This document shows, piece after piece, positions 9,793 to 20,971 of a DNA stretch of 64,000 nt. The position numbers and the translations under genes were made by a program. Origin of the DNA: Fervidobacterium sp. (lineage in GTDB: Bacteria; Thermotogota; Thermotogae; Thermotogales; Fervidobacteriaceae); NCBI GenBank assembly GCA_049970055.1, contig JBMFNR010000002.1, positions 532,406 through 596,405 on the forward strand. Reading direction: 5' to 3'. The notes under the pieces were generated by a model. The model was not told where the DNA came from. It saw only the letters and a program-made list of their open reading frames with translations, and did no database searches. The stretch's first letter is position 1. Every line of letters begins with the position of its first letter.

Positions 9793-12498
9793 ATGATTGG
9801 TAGAAAAATTTGTGAATCACTGATAGAGATCTTTGAGTTGGATAAAAATGGTGAAAATGTGAACCTTGTTGCAGAGGAAATCGCTAAGTTTATTGGTGTA
9901 AATTCACTTTCAGTCGCTATTTTTGAAGAAAAAAAGTCTTTGTTCAGAGTTCTTTTTACAAATTTCTTGCCAGTTTATTCGAAGATACCATATGATACGA
10001 TTTCCGAATTGGATCACGATAGCTTGCTTTCGCTAGTTGACAGTCCAGAATACGGTAAGTTGTACATTTCGAAGTTAACGAGTGGTGTGCCAGAAAAGAT
10101 GGTTGGTTTAATATTAACAAAAGAAAAACCATCAAACATACCTAATTTTAACGAAATAAGAGATTTTCTTAGTTTTGTCTTTAACTTTATCCCAAGGTAC
10201 GAGAAATCAAAAAACTACATTGAAAAATATAGATCGTTATGGATGTTAACAAATCTCTTTGAGAGTAGCAAAACTACTGAGGAGCTTATTGATAATTTTC
10301 TCAAAGTGATTTCACAAATTCTTGAATCGGATCTAACATTTTTTATCAACTTTAACAACGTGCCAGAAGGTAAAATGGTTGCGGATATAAAGAAGTATGA
10401 TTTGAACTCAGATGCGTTGAATGTCTTCAAAGTAGATTTAGACTCATTGGACAGTAAAACACTGCGTTACTTTAAAGGCTCAGATAAAGTTCTCTACAAG
10501 CCAAGCGGTATAGAAAAATTAACAAGGGTGGAAAAAGTTCTTTCAGCACTCATGGTTAAATCTGTTATCGGTTGGTTTGTCTTTATCAACAAAAGGGAAC
10601 CAAAGACTTACACATTGAGCAAAGCTTTTGATTCTTTAGACCTCGATATAGCGAAGGATTCGATTAACAGAATGATACTTGCAAAAGGGAGAATAGAATT
10701 TGAGAGACGCTTGGAGGAAGAAATTAATAAACTGAGACAACTACAATCAAGTTACGAATCACTTATAGAAGATCAGAAAGAACAGTTGCGAAAGATGAAT
10801 GCGGTCCATTACATTAGCCAAGCGATAAGAACTATGTATAGTGTAAAGAATGTCTATAAAACACTATTACTTGGACTAACTTCTGGTAGACTTTTGGGAT
10901 ACAACCGTGCTTTATTTCTAGCTTACGACGAAAAGAAGGATATTCTCATCGGAAGGATGTGGTTAGGACCGGAAAGCGAGAATGTAGAAGAAGATTGGAA
11001 GAAAGCTAATCAAAGGTCTATGAGATATTCCGATGTTGTTCAATACTTGAGGGAAGAGTCAATGGTACTGGAGCTTGATAACAAACTCACAAAGATAGTA
11101 GATGGAAGAATGTTTCCGTACAAAGGTCATCCGATACTAGAAAGATGTATTCTAAGAAAGAAAATATTCATTTCAAATGAAAAAATTATAGATGCAATGG
11201 GTATGGATTCGGCTGATCTTGTTGGAATACTTGGTACAAAGGAATTTGCTGTCATACCTTTGATCGGAAGGGAGCAAACTTTTGGGTTGATTATTGTTGA
11301 CAACTATTATACGAAGAAACCAATTAAAGAAACCGATGCTGAAATATTGAGAATACTCTCTGACAGTGCAAGTTTGGCGATAGAAACTGCGATAAACTAC
11401 GAAGAACTGAAAAATAAGACTCTGTCTCTCGAAAGACAAAAGAGTCTGATAGAATATCTTAGAGAATTCTCTGATTCCGTTCTCCAAAACATGTCGTCAG
11501 CAATTATTGTGCTTGATAGAGAAGGAAAGATAACTGAATGGAACAAGAAAGCCGAAGTTTATTTTGGTAGGCCGAAAGAGCAGATGACAGGTGTTGAACT
11601 TAGAACTCTTGGGACTGAATTTGACGATATAGAAGAAATGGCATTTCAAAGTATGAAGATAAAGGAAGAAATTACGTTAAGCAACTATCTTATTCAAGTG
11701 ATGGGCTCTGAGAGATACTATGATATACGTATCACTCCATTTTGGGATTCGGAAAAGATTATGCTTCGAGGTGTAATAATTACCTTGGATGATGTTACTG
11801 ATAGAGTTAATCTTGAAAAAGAGAGAAAAAAGCAAGAAAAACTAGCGGCACTTGGTGAGATGGCCGCAAGGGTTGCACATGAACTTAGGAACCCTATATC
11901 CGTTCTTGGAGGATTCATAAAAAGGCTTGAGAAAAATATAGATAATCCGGAAGCAAGTAGGAAGTATGCAAATATAATAAAAGAAGAAATTTTAAGATTG
12001 GAGCAGATCGTAAATGAAATATTAGACTTTAGTCGTGAGCCGCGTTCTTTAGAATTTACAAATTTCAATGTCAACAAGCTCATAAACGATGTTTACATAC
12101 TTTTAGAAGAGAAGGTGAAGGAAAAAAATATACTTTTTAGTTTTGAAACAGATTCCGAGGAAATAACTATTAACGCGGAGTACTCAAGGATGAAACAAGT
12201 AGTGATAAACTTAATCCAGAACGCTATTGAAGCAACTCCAATTGGTGGTAAAATATTAGTTGAGACACGCATAGGAATTGACAGAATTGTAATTTCGATA
12301 TGGAACGAAGGAACTCCAATCGATAAAGAGACGTCTGAAAAATTGTTTACACCGTTCTTTACAACAAAAGTACATGGGACAGGACTTGGTTTGGCAATAT
12401 GTAAGAAGATAATTGAAGACGAGCACAATGGAAAAATTTATCATATAGCTACAGAAGATGGGAACAAATTTGTTGTAGAACTTCCAAAGAACAATTAG
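9793..12498 (+). CDS. Cytoplasmic sensor histidine kinase (GAF, PAS, HisKA, HATPase)
   Basis: AHELRNP H-box, NLIQNAIEA, FTPFFTTK, GTGLGL; PAS (IIVLDREGKITEWN); GAF (VIPLIGRE..LIIVDN). Confidence 0.93.
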   Translation: MIGRKICESLIEIFELDKNGENVNLVAEEIAKFIGVNSLSVAIFEEKKSLFRVLFTNFLPVYSKIPYDTISELDHDSLLSLVDSPEYGKLYISKLTSGVPEKMVGLILTKEKPSNIPNFNEIRDFLSFVFNFIPRYEKSKNYIEKYRSLWMLTNLFESSKTTEELIDNFLKVISQILESDLTFFINFNNVPEGKMVADIKKYDLNSDALNVFKVDLDSLDSKTLRYFKGSDKVLYKPSGIEKLTRVEKVLSALMVKSVIGWFVFINKREPKTYTLSKAFDSLDLDIAKDSINRMILAKGRIEFERRLEEEINKLRQLQSSYESLIEDQKEQLRKMNAVHYISQAIRTMYSVKNVYKTLLLGLTSGRLLGYNRALFLAYDEKKDILIGRMWLGPESENVEEDWKKANQRSMRYSDVVQYLREESMVLELDNKLTKIVDGRMFPYKGHPILERCILRKKIFISNEKIIDAMGMDSADLVGILGTKEFAVIPLIGREQTFGLIIVDNYYTKKPIKETDAEILRILSDSASLAIETAINYEELKNKTLSLERQKSLIEYLREFSDSVLQNMSSAIIVLDREGKITEWNKKAEVYFGRPKEQMTGVELRTLGTEFDDIEEMAFQSMKIKEEITLSNYLIQVMGSERYYDIRITPFWDSEKIMLRGVIITLDDVTDRVNLEKERKKQEKLAALGEMAARVAHELRNPISVLGGFIKRLEKNIDNPEASRKYANIIKEEILRLEQIVNEILDFSREPRSLEFTNFNVNKLINDVYILLEEKVKEKNILFSFETDSEEITINAEYSRMKQVVINLIQNAIEATPIGGKILVETRIGIDRIVISIWNEGTPIDKETSEKLFTPFFTTKVHGTGLGLAICKKIIEDEHNGKIYHIATEDGNKFVVELPKNN

Positions 12499-12538
12499 AA
12501 ATAAATGATAAATTAATGTTAAAATAGGAGGAAAGTAT

Positions 12539-12889
12539 ATGATGGAAATTATGCTTAAAGCAAAAATTCATATGGCGACGGTAACTGAAAAAGAAATTGA
12601 GTACGAAGGAAGCATTGGAATAGATGAAGAATTATTAGAATTAAGTGGCATAAAGGTCAATGAAATGGTTCTTGTATCAGATGTAAATAACGGTAATAGA
12701 TTGGTTACCTACGTGATTCCTGAACCACGTGGTAGCAGGAAAATTTCGCTTAACGGTGCAGCAGCAAGACTTGTTGAAAAAGGAGATAGAATTATAATTA
12801 TGGCTTTTGGCTTATACGTTCCAGAAGAGTACAAAGGAGCAAAGATAATATTATTAAATCCAGATAACACCGTAAAAGAGATAAAATAG
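12539..12889 (+). CDS. panD: Aspartate 1-decarboxylase
   Basis: KIHMATVT, YEGSIGID cleavage site, NGNRLVTY, LNGAAAR. Confidence 0.96.
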   Translation: MMEIMLKAKIHMATVTEKEIEYEGSIGIDEELLELSGIKVNEMVLVSDVNNGNRLVTYVIPEPRGSRKISLNGAAARLVEKGDRIIIMAFGLYVPEEYKGAKIILLNPDNTVKEIK

Positions 12890-12925
12890 GTTCTACTCAC
12901 AAGATATTATCCAAGGGGGATAAAG

Positions 12926-14320
12926 ATGGATATCGACATATCCGTAGCACCCGACAAGATGGAGGCATACCTAGTAGTGAGAAACATATTTCCCGGTGAA
13001 GAAGTAACTTTAGATAAGTTAGTAGAAGCAATAAAGGAGGCAAAAATTATATACGGCATCGATTATGATGCTTTAAGGCTTTTTTGCGAAAGTCCCACCG
13101 AGAATGTACCGTTGATATTCGCTCATGGTGACAAACCAAAAGACGGAGAAGATGGCAGAATAGTCTTTGAAGTTAGAGAAAAAAAGGCAACAGAAGTTTA
13201 TTCCAGCAACAAAATCGATTTCAGGGAATTTCCTGTACAAAAACGTATAATCGTTAAGAAAGGGCAAAAGATAGCTACTATTTATCCACCAACAGACGGT
13301 GTACCTGGTAAGAACGTTTACGGCGAGATAGTTCCTGCAAGAAGAGGGAACGAAGCTAAAGTCATCTTGGCAAAAAATGTAGCTTTAGGTGATGATGGCC
13401 ACAGCATAATTTCAACAACTGATGGTATACTGAAAGTAGACGTTGAAAAAAATGTGATTGAAGTCAGTGAATACCTAGAGATAGACGGTGACGTGGATTA
13501 CGAAACGGGAAATATCGACTTTCCAGGTATTGTTCTTATTAAAGGAGACGTTAAACCGGGTTTTGTTGTAAGAGCAAAAGGGGACATAGAGATTGTTGGT
13601 GTACTTGAGGCAGCAACTGCTATTTCACTTGAAGGTAATGTGAAGGTAAGCGGTGCAAAGGGTAAAGATAAAGGATTCATAAAGGCAAAGAGAGATGTGC
13701 ATGTAAAATACGCTGAATCAATTACTATAGAGGCCGAAAACTTATTCTTTGAGCACAGTTTATTAAATTGTACAGTTAGGGTAACAAATTCTATAGTAGG
13801 TACCGGAAGAAACTCATCAATTGTAGCTGGTGAGTACATTGCGGCGAATTTGATAGAAGCAGACGAAATAGGATCCGATATTGGTACAAAAACTTACTTG
13901 GAAGTTGGTGTGAACCCATATTTGAGAGAAGAGATAAAGCTACTCCGGGCACAAATAGAGGTTGATAGAACGAGTATACAGAAATTGATTGCCATTGTTA
14001 AACAATATAAAGAACTTAAAGGCAGAGGTGTTGCAATCCCTCAAGAAAGAGAAGAGCAATTTTCAAAAGCTGCAAAAGCACTAATTAACTTGAGAGATCA
14101 AGTTGAAAAAAATATTGCAAAACTTAACGAGCTTGAGCAAAAACTGACTACTATGTCTTTTAATTCAAAAATAGTGGCGAGAAAATTGCTTCACGCAGGT
14201 GTCGAGGTTACAATTCATAGCAATAGATTTTATTCAACAGTGGATCTAGCAAAAGTTGTTCTTAGGTTTGACGGTGAAAAAGTCGTTGCCGGTGGTTACA
14301 GTGAAGAAGGGAGAAGCTAA
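12926..14320 (+). CDS. DUF342/FapA family protein
   Basis: DKMEAYL, GDVDYETGNIDFPG beta-helix repeats, C-terminal coiled coil. Confidence 0.88.
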   Translation: MDIDISVAPDKMEAYLVVRNIFPGEEVTLDKLVEAIKEAKIIYGIDYDALRLFCESPTENVPLIFAHGDKPKDGEDGRIVFEVREKKATEVYSSNKIDFREFPVQKRIIVKKGQKIATIYPPTDGVPGKNVYGEIVPARRGNEAKVILAKNVALGDDGHSIISTTDGILKVDVEKNVIEVSEYLEIDGDVDYETGNIDFPGIVLIKGDVKPGFVVRAKGDIEIVGVLEAATAISLEGNVKVSGAKGKDKGFIKAKRDVHVKYAESITIEAENLFFEHSLLNCTVRVTNSIVGTGRNSSIVAGEYIAANLIEADEIGSDIGTKTYLEVGVNPYLREEIKLLRAQIEVDRTSIQKLIAIVKQYKELKGRGVAIPQEREEQFSKAAKALINLRDQVEKNIAKLNELEQKLTTMSFNSKIVARKLLHAGVEVTIHSNRFYSTVDLAKVVLRFDGEKVVAGGYSEEGRS

Positions 14321-15133
14321 TTGATGACTATTAAAATACTTCCAGAATTCAGGCCAATGATATGGGGAAATTTTGAATTGAATAGAGTTTTTGGTGTGAG
14401 TGCAGAAAATCCTATCGGTGAAGTATGGTTACTTTCTGGACACCCTTTATATGAAAATGTGTTAGATACAAAAGAGACTATCAATGAATTTGGGAAAAAA
14501 ATTTACAACGGTCGTTATAAACGTTTTCCAATACTTATAAAACTTGTTTCAACGAGCCAATGGTTAAGCGTGCAAGTGCATCCCGACGATGAATATGCAA
14601 AGAAAGTTGAAAATGAACCTTGGGGAAAAAGTGAAGTTTGGTATTTTTTAACAGACGGAGAGCTTGCAATATGTGAAGAAGTTAACATTTTATCAGAATT
14701 AGCTGAACATGGGGAATTCAACAAGTTGCCTAGATATCTAACTTTTGTAAAAATAAAATCCGGTACATTTGTTAACATACCCGCTGGTACCGTCCATGCT
14801 CTTGGGCCAAACAGTACAGTAATCGAAGTTCAGCAAAGCTCAGATTTAACTTACAGGATTTACGATTGGGGAAGACCAAGAGAAACTCATATCCAAAAAG
14901 CGATATCTGTTGCAAAGAATATAAAGGTATCCGAAATTGTTTTTGAAAATACATATAAGTTGTCGAATGGTTATTTTACTATGCATGTGTTAACGGACGA
15001 AAGAAATTTTCCAAAAGAAGCTAGGTTCCCAATTGTACGAATCCCATTAAAATTAAGCAGAGAGTTCTGTGCTTCGATCTCATTCGAAGAAAATTTCTCA
15101 CCAAATGATATTCTAATTTATAATTTTTTATGA
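14321..15133 (+). CDS. manA: Type I mannose-6-phosphate isomerase
   Basis: LSVQVHPDD, GKSEVW, GTVHA, EVQQSSDLTYRIYDW. Confidence 0.9.
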   Translation: MMTIKILPEFRPMIWGNFELNRVFGVSAENPIGEVWLLSGHPLYENVLDTKETINEFGKKIYNGRYKRFPILIKLVSTSQWLSVQVHPDDEYAKKVENEPWGKSEVWYFLTDGELAICEEVNILSELAEHGEFNKLPRYLTFVKIKSGTFVNIPAGTVHALGPNSTVIEVQQSSDLTYRIYDWGRPRETHIQKAISVAKNIKVSEIVFENTYKLSNGYFTMHVLTDERNFPKEARFPIVRIPLKLSREFCASISFEENFSPNDILIYNFL

Positions 15134-15137
15134 TTTT

Positions 15138-15173
15138 AAAAAAGCAGGCTTAAAAGCCTGCTTTTATTTTTTT
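15138..15173. terminator. Bidirectional terminator
   Basis: AAAAGCAGGCT-TAAA-AGCCTGCTTTT between convergent manA and acpP. Confidence 0.85.
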
Positions 15174-15175
15174 AT

Positions 15176-15424
15176 TTATTCTTCTTTTAGCTTTTCACTT
15201 AACAAATTAAGGATATCTCTCACAGTGAGGAGTCTTTCTATCTCTTCGTCCTCTAGCTTTATACCGAATTCATCTTCGAATACCATAACTAAATCGAAAG
15301 CGTCGAGCGAATCTGCTCCCAGGTCTTCAATAAGGTGGCTATCCTCATCGATGTCTTCAATAGGAACGTTAAGTTTTTCTGAAATTATCTCAGCGACCTT
15401 CTTGAAAAGTTCTTCTCTATCCAC
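15176..15424 (-). CDS. acpP: Acyl carrier protein
   Basis: DLGADSLD phosphopantetheine site. Confidence 0.95.
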   Translation of the reverse strand: MDREELFKKVAEIISEKLNVPIEDIDEDSHLIEDLGADSLDAFDLVMVFEDEFGIKLEDEEIERLLTVRDILNLLSEKLKEE

Positions 15425-15499
15425 GATGTTCGACCTCCCATTTGTTTATTTTCCCGATTACTTGCAATATTGTAATCAATAATCAAAGATTTGTCAATA

Positions 15500-17239
15500 T
15501 CAACTCATATTTCGAAGTTCTTTGATATCATTGACGAGTACTTTCATAAATTTAAATGCGTTATCCCAGAATCCAGCCTCAGATATGTCTACTCCTACTT
15601 TTAGTAGTAGCTCGTGCGGTGAAAGGCTTCCACCACTCTCGAGTAAGTTAAGATACTTGCTAACGAAAACTTTTCCATCTTCAAGATACTTTTCATAAAG
15701 GGATATCACAAGACAGTGTGCAAAATTGTACGCATAAACGTAGAATGGTGTTTCAAAGATATGAGATACTATTGCCCATTCGCTTTTGTACCATTCAGGT
15801 ATTTCAACAACATCACCAAATGTTTTTTTAAGTTCTTGATAGTATATCTCGTTAAGTTCATCCCAATCTGCGTAGCCCGACGAACTTATCAAATTATGAG
15901 CTCTTATCTCAAAATTAGTAAACATGTTCTGTCTGAATGTTGTGGCGAAGGTATCTTCTACTTTGGAAGTCATCAATGATAATTTTTCATCTCGATCCAG
16001 TTTGCCTTTTAGATAGTCAAAAACCAAGAATTCTCCAAAAACAGACGCAAGTTCAGCCAAAGTAAGAGGTGTATCGTAATTAAAGTATGTCTGTTTTTTC
16101 GATAACGTACCATGTAAACCATGCCCGAGTTCATGAGCTAATGTCATAACGTCGTACATATCTCCATTGAAATTTGTAAGAACATATGGAGGTAATTTGG
16201 TTGTTGCGTAAATGCAGTAAGCTCCTCCGACTTTTCCACGCCTTGGAAAAGCATCGATACGTGATTCATCAAAAAAAGATTTAACTATATCGCCCACTTG
16301 CTTGTTGAAAGAATAATAAGCATCGATGACAATTTCCTTTGCTTGGTTGAATGTGAACTTACTTACATTCTGATTTATGGGTGCGTAAATATCAGCGAGT
16401 GTAAGCCTTTCACCCATAGTTTTTGATTTCCAACTGTAGTATTCTTGTAAAATGTTGATGTTTCTATTTGTTGTCTCAATTAACTTCTCTACTACGTCAT
16501 CTTCAACTTCGTTTTCAAGGTTCATCATCGATATTGGACTTTTAAAATTTCTTATTTTTGCTTCTGTATCGTAATCTTTTACTATAAGGTTATAGATTTC
16601 AGTCAATACAAGTGAATCCTCGCGGAATCTTTCAAGGAAAATGTTCATAGCTTTTTTTCTTAATTCACCATTTGAAGACCGTCTTAAAGCTTTTATTTCC
16701 TCTGTTGTCAATGTTTTTACCTGCCCATCTATTTCTACGGTAAACCGGTATGAACTTTCTAATCGGCTGTGTATTTTAGAAATGGCACCTCGCCTTGAAA
16801 CTGATGTTAATGCAAGTATTCGCTCTGCATCTTTTGAGAGAATATGCTTTTTTCTCAATTTTATCATTTCAAAAAAGTGTGTGTAATTCGGTGATTTTTC
16901 TTTTAGAATATCGATGATTGAATTGTCAAATTGAGAAATGTACACTTCAAGTCTAGCAAAATACTCGCTTACCTTTGATTCAAGGTTTTGAATGTAGCCA
17001 AGGAGTTTTTGACTGTCTTGATTATCAGTGTTTATAGAATACCTCATCCATGCATAGTGCCCAGCTTTTCCAAATTCATCTAAAACGTCTTCTATTTTCG
17101 AAATTAAGCTAACTATAGTATCAAAATCATTTGTTTGTTCGAGGATATCTATGTATTCAGCTAGTATCTCTACACAGTTATTTGCGTGTTGTAAAGCTGT
17201 TTCATCAGAGGCAAATATTGCTTGTAAATCCCACTCCAA
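15500..17239 (-). CDS. pepF: M3B oligoendopeptidase F
   Basis: N-terminal WDL, GKVGGAYC, TLAHELGHGLH, AELAS, YVYAY. Confidence 0.92.
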   Translation of the reverse strand: MEWDLQAIFASDETALQHANNCVEILAEYIDILEQTNDFDTIVSLISKIEDVLDEFGKAGHYAWMRYSINTDNQDSQKLLGYIQNLESKVSEYFARLEVYISQFDNSIIDILKEKSPNYTHFFEMIKLRKKHILSKDAERILALTSVSRRGAISKIHSRLESSYRFTVEIDGQVKTLTTEEIKALRRSSNGELRKKAMNIFLERFREDSLVLTEIYNLIVKDYDTEAKIRNFKSPISMMNLENEVEDDVVEKLIETTNRNINILQEYYSWKSKTMGERLTLADIYAPINQNVSKFTFNQAKEIVIDAYYSFNKQVGDIVKSFFDESRIDAFPRRGKVGGAYCIYATTKLPPYVLTNFNGDMYDVMTLAHELGHGLHGTLSKKQTYFNYDTPLTLAELASVFGEFLVFDYLKGKLDRDEKLSLMTSKVEDTFATTFRQNMFTNFEIRAHNLISSSGYADWDELNEIYYQELKKTFGDVVEIPEWYKSEWAIVSHIFETPFYVYAYNFAHCLVISLYEKYLEDGKVFVSKYLNLLESGGSLSPHELLLKVGVDISEAGFWDNAFKFMKVLVNDIKELRNMS

Positions 17240-17250
17240 CCTTATCCCCC

Positions 17251-19068
17251 CTATTCTTCATCTTCTCCAATACGTAGCATTGCTAAAAATGCCTCCTGCG
17301 GGATTGTTACGTTACCAATTTCTCTAAGTTTTTTCTTACCCTCTTTCTGCTTTTCTAGCAACTTCATTTTTCTTGTAACATCTCCACCATAACACTTTGC
17401 AAGGACATCTTTTCTGAGAGCTTTTACAGTGGATCTGGCGATAAATCTTCCTCCCGCTTTTGCCTGTATGGGAATTTCAAATTGATGTTGTGGTATTAGC
17501 TCAGCAAGTTTATCGACAAGTTTTCTTGCTATTGTGTATGCTTTGTCTTTGTGAGCAACAAAAGAGAGTGCATCTACTGGTTCTTTATTGACATAAATAG
17601 TTATCTTTACGAGTTCGCTTTTCCTGTACTCAAGGAATTCGTAATCCATAGATGCATATCCACGACTTACTGCTTTCATCCTGTCGAAGAAGTCAAAAAT
17701 AATCTCTGCAAGAGGTACTTCAAAATGCATTACGACACGCTCATGACCAGCATTTTCCGTTGAAACAAGCGTACCGCGTTTTTCATTTTGAACGAGATTC
17801 ATTAGTTTTCCTATGTATTCTGGAGGAGTGATAATAGCTAACTTAACATACGGTTCGTAAATTTCGGCCACTTCACCTTCTTCCGGAAATTTCGCAGGGT
17901 CGTTTATCAGCAATTCCTCACCACTTTGTGTTACTACTTTGTACTCAACGTTTGGAGCTGTCAAAATCACTGCAATTTCAAATTCTCTCTCGAGCCTTTC
18001 CCTAACTACGTCCATATGTAAAAGGCCAAGAAATCCACATCTGAATCCGAACCCTAAAGCAGGAGAATGATCGGGTTTGTACACTAGTGCAGCATCATTG
18101 AGTTTGTACTTATCAAGTGCTTTTCTTAATTCTTCATAATACTCGGGAAGTCCCGGGTACATACCGGCGTAGACCATTGGTTTGACTTCCTTGTACCCTG
18201 GTAATGGTTCAGGAGCAGGATTATCTGGTTTAGTGATTGTGTCACCTATCTTTGCTTTTGAGACATCTTTCAACCCTGCTATAATGTAACCAATATCACC
18301 TGCTTTTAAACTTTCAACAGGTGTCATGTCTGGTGTGAATGTACCAACCTCATCGATCTCGTAAACTTCGTTACTTGCCATCATCATGATCTTATCCCCG
18401 GGTTTTATTTCACCATCAAACACGCGAACATAGGTTATAACGCCTCTGTATTTATCGTATTTAGCATCGAAGATTAAAGCACGCAAATAACCATCGTCGC
18501 TTGTTTTTGGAGCGGATACAATCCTTATAACAGCCTCCAATAGATCTTTGACTCCTGTTCCTTCTTTTGCACTTATTTTATATATATCTTCGCCTGGAAT
18601 ACCGATGAGATCTTCAATTTCAGCAATTGTTTCTTCTATATTTGCTGTTGGAACATCTATTTTGTTTATCACTGGTACAATTTCGAGGTTATGATCTAAA
18701 GCTTTGTAAGTATTTGCCACTGTCTGGGCTTGAACACCTTGAGTGGCATCAACAAGAAGTATTGCACCTTCAACAGCGGCCATACTTCTGTCAACTTCGT
18801 ATGAAAAATCCACGTGCCCTGGAGTATCAACGATGTTGATTTCGTATTCATTTCCATTATCAGATTTGTAGAAAACTCTCAGTGGATGTGATTTTATCGT
18901 TATACCACGTTCACGTTCGATATCCATGCTGTCGAGGTATTGTTCTCTCATCTTTCTTTTCTCGATTGCGTTTGTCATTTCAAGTATTCTATCGGTAAGT
19001 GTTGTCTTTCCATGATCTATATGTGCTATGATACATATGTTTCTTACATTTTCAATTTTTCTCATCAA
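17251..19068 (-). CDS. lepA: Elongation factor 4
   Basis: AHIDHGKTT, DTPGHVDF, GFLGLLH, KCYGGD. Confidence 0.98.
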   Translation of the reverse strand: MMRKIENVRNICIIAHIDHGKTTLTDRILEMTNAIEKRKMREQYLDSMDIERERGITIKSHPLRVFYKSDNGNEYEINIVDTPGHVDFSYEVDRSMAAVEGAILLVDATQGVQAQTVANTYKALDHNLEIVPVINKIDVPTANIEETIAEIEDLIGIPGEDIYKISAKEGTGVKDLLEAVIRIVSAPKTSDDGYLRALIFDAKYDKYRGVITYVRVFDGEIKPGDKIMMMASNEVYEIDEVGTFTPDMTPVESLKAGDIGYIIAGLKDVSKAKIGDTITKPDNPAPEPLPGYKEVKPMVYAGMYPGLPEYYEELRKALDKYKLNDAALVYKPDHSPALGFGFRCGFLGLLHMDVVRERLEREFEIAVILTAPNVEYKVVTQSGEELLINDPAKFPEEGEVAEIYEPYVKLAIITPPEYIGKLMNLVQNEKRGTLVSTENAGHERVVMHFEVPLAEIIFDFFDRMKAVSRGYASMDYEFLEYRKSELVKITIYVNKEPVDALSFVAHKDKAYTIARKLVDKLAELIPQHQFEIPIQAKAGGRFIARSTVKALRKDVLAKCYGGDVTRKMKLLEKQKEGKKKLREIGNVTIPQEAFLAMLRIGEDEE

Positions 19069-19106
19069 TTCTTTCCCTCCGGGGCTAGTATAAAATCTTA
19101 CGTATC

Positions 19107-19904
19107 TTACTTTTTCAGATCAAACCCACGCACTTCAACAACTGTGAATGGAATACTTATACCGTATTCATCAAACGTTTTTTTGATGCGTGAAGCCACA
19201 GCATTCAATGTGTCGAAATACGTTTCACGTTCTGTCCAAAATTTCACGCTATAAGTTATACCGTTATTGTCAAAAGATTTAAAGACAACGAGATTTTGAA
19301 CAGTCTCATTTTTTACAACGAGTGGTTCATCTTCCAGAATTTTTTTGAGTACATTCTCAGCAAAATTCATATCCGTTGCGTAATCTACAGTCACGTCTAT
19401 GTCTATTCTTCTAAATTTTCCTGGCCAAAATTTTGTAACTGTGCCTGACCATACTTTTCTATTTGGTATAAGAATGAGTTTCCCGTCAAAAGTTATCAAA
19501 TGTGTGTGGTTCATCTTGATAACGTCGACCATTCCTGTCTGACCATCTATATCGACGATTTCTCCCTCAAAAACCTTTCTTGTCACAAGCACAAGGATAC
19601 CCGAAAGAAAGTTAGTGAGTGGTTCTTGGAAAGCAAGGCCTAGCACAACACCGGATATTCCAAGCCCCGTAAGATATGGAGTTAAATTAATATCCCAAAT
19701 GGAAAGCACAGCAGCTATCGCAAAGCCATAGATTAAGAATGCCAGTAGTAAAGACAAAGTTTTCGGTGCTTTTACCTCCTTCCCCACGCTGGTTATGAAC
19801 CGTTCTATAGATTTCATTATCACCCTGTGCACAACATATCCGATGAGAATGGATATTAGAGAAAGAAATATCCTTGTTACAATTACTATGGTCATCGAGA
19901 TCAT
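19107..19904 (-). CDS. mscS: MscS small-conductance mechanosensitive channel
   Basis: GLAFQEPLTNFLSG, IPN, GISIPF. Confidence 0.9.
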   Translation of the reverse strand: MISMTIVIVTRIFLSLISILIGYVVHRVIMKSIERFITSVGKEVKAPKTLSLLLAFLIYGFAIAAVLSIWDINLTPYLTGLGISGVVLGLAFQEPLTNFLSGILVLVTRKVFEGEIVDIDGQTGMVDVIKMNHTHLITFDGKLILIPNRKVWSGTVTKFWPGKFRRIDIDVTVDYATDMNFAENVLKKILEDEPLVVKNETVQNLVVFKSFDNNGITYSVKFWTERETYFDTLNAVASRIKKTFDEYGISIPFTVVEVRGFDLKK

Positions 19905-19940
19905 CCTCCATTATTTAGTGTGTTAGTATGTTTTCAGTAA

Positions 19941-20924
19941 TCAGTACATTATTTGAACGGCTTGCCTAACATCTTCCATAGTTTTTTGAGCAATTCCTCG
20001 AGCTTTTTGGTTACCTCTTTCCATAGTTTCTTCGACGTCTTCTTTCGTAATAGTACTATATTTATCCCATATTGGGCCGAGTTTTTCAACCATATGTTTC
20101 AATAACAATTTCTTACAATCTACGCATCCTATTTTTGCTTGCGTACATCCTTCAAAAACCCATTGCTTCTCTTCATTATTATCTGCTGTTCCAAAAGCCT
20201 TATGATAATCCCAAACTGGGCAATTTTCTGGGTTCCCAGGATCGGTTTTTCTCTTTCTCGCAGGATCGGTTACCATGGGTAGAATCATTTTAGAAAGCTC
20301 GCTTTCTGTGGTTATCAAAGGTATTGTGTTTCCATAGCTCTTACTCATCTTTCTTCCGTCCGTACCAAGTAATTTTGGAACTTTTGAGAGAATTTCTTTG
20401 GGCTCCGGAAAAACTTGTTTTTTGAATATGTAATTGAACCTTCTTGCAACCTCCCTTGTAAGTTCCACATGATAAACTTGGTCTTCGCCTACGGGCACAC
20501 CATCTGCCTTATATATAAGAATATCGGCAGCTTGTAAAACTGGGTACATCAAAAAACCAGCGTTTGAAAGGTCTTTGTTTGTCAATTGCTGCTTCATCTC
20601 TTTGTATGTGGGTACACGTTCTAACCATGAAAGAGGTGTTATCATCGAAAAAATAAGCATCAATTCAGCATGTTCCTTTATTGCCGACTGGACAAAAAGT
20701 GTTGACTTATCCAATCCGACGGCTATCAAAACCTTTACCAAGTCCTTTGTATACTCTTTTAATTCCGAGGTATCTTCGTAATGCGTTGTAAGTGCATGCC
20801 AATCAGCAACAAAATAAAATGTATCATGACCATCCGCTTGCAATTTAATCCAGTTTTCAAATACCCCTACGTAATGACCAATATGAACCTTACCGGTAGG
20901 TCTGATGCCACTGAGTATCCTCAA
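19941..20924 (-). CDS. trpS: Tryptophanyl-tRNA synthetase
   Basis: SGIRPTG-HIGH, YPVLQAAD, VGEDQ, KMSKS; TTG start chosen from SD AAGGAGG. Confidence 0.97.
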   Translation of the reverse strand: MRILSGIRPTGKVHIGHYVGVFENWIKLQADGHDTFYFVADWHALTTHYEDTSELKEYTKDLVKVLIAVGLDKSTLFVQSAIKEHAELMLIFSMITPLSWLERVPTYKEMKQQLTNKDLSNAGFLMYPVLQAADILIYKADGVPVGEDQVYHVELTREVARRFNYIFKKQVFPEPKEILSKVPKLLGTDGRKMSKSYGNTIPLITTESELSKMILPMVTDPARKRKTDPGNPENCPVWDYHKAFGTADNNEEKQWVFEGCTQAKIGCVDCKKLLLKHMVEKLGPIWDKYSTITKEDVEETMERGNQKARGIAQKTMEDVRQAVQIMY

Positions 20925-20971
20925 GAAGATCATCCTCCTTAATGTGAAACTAGAGCTTTTCTTTGAAACCA

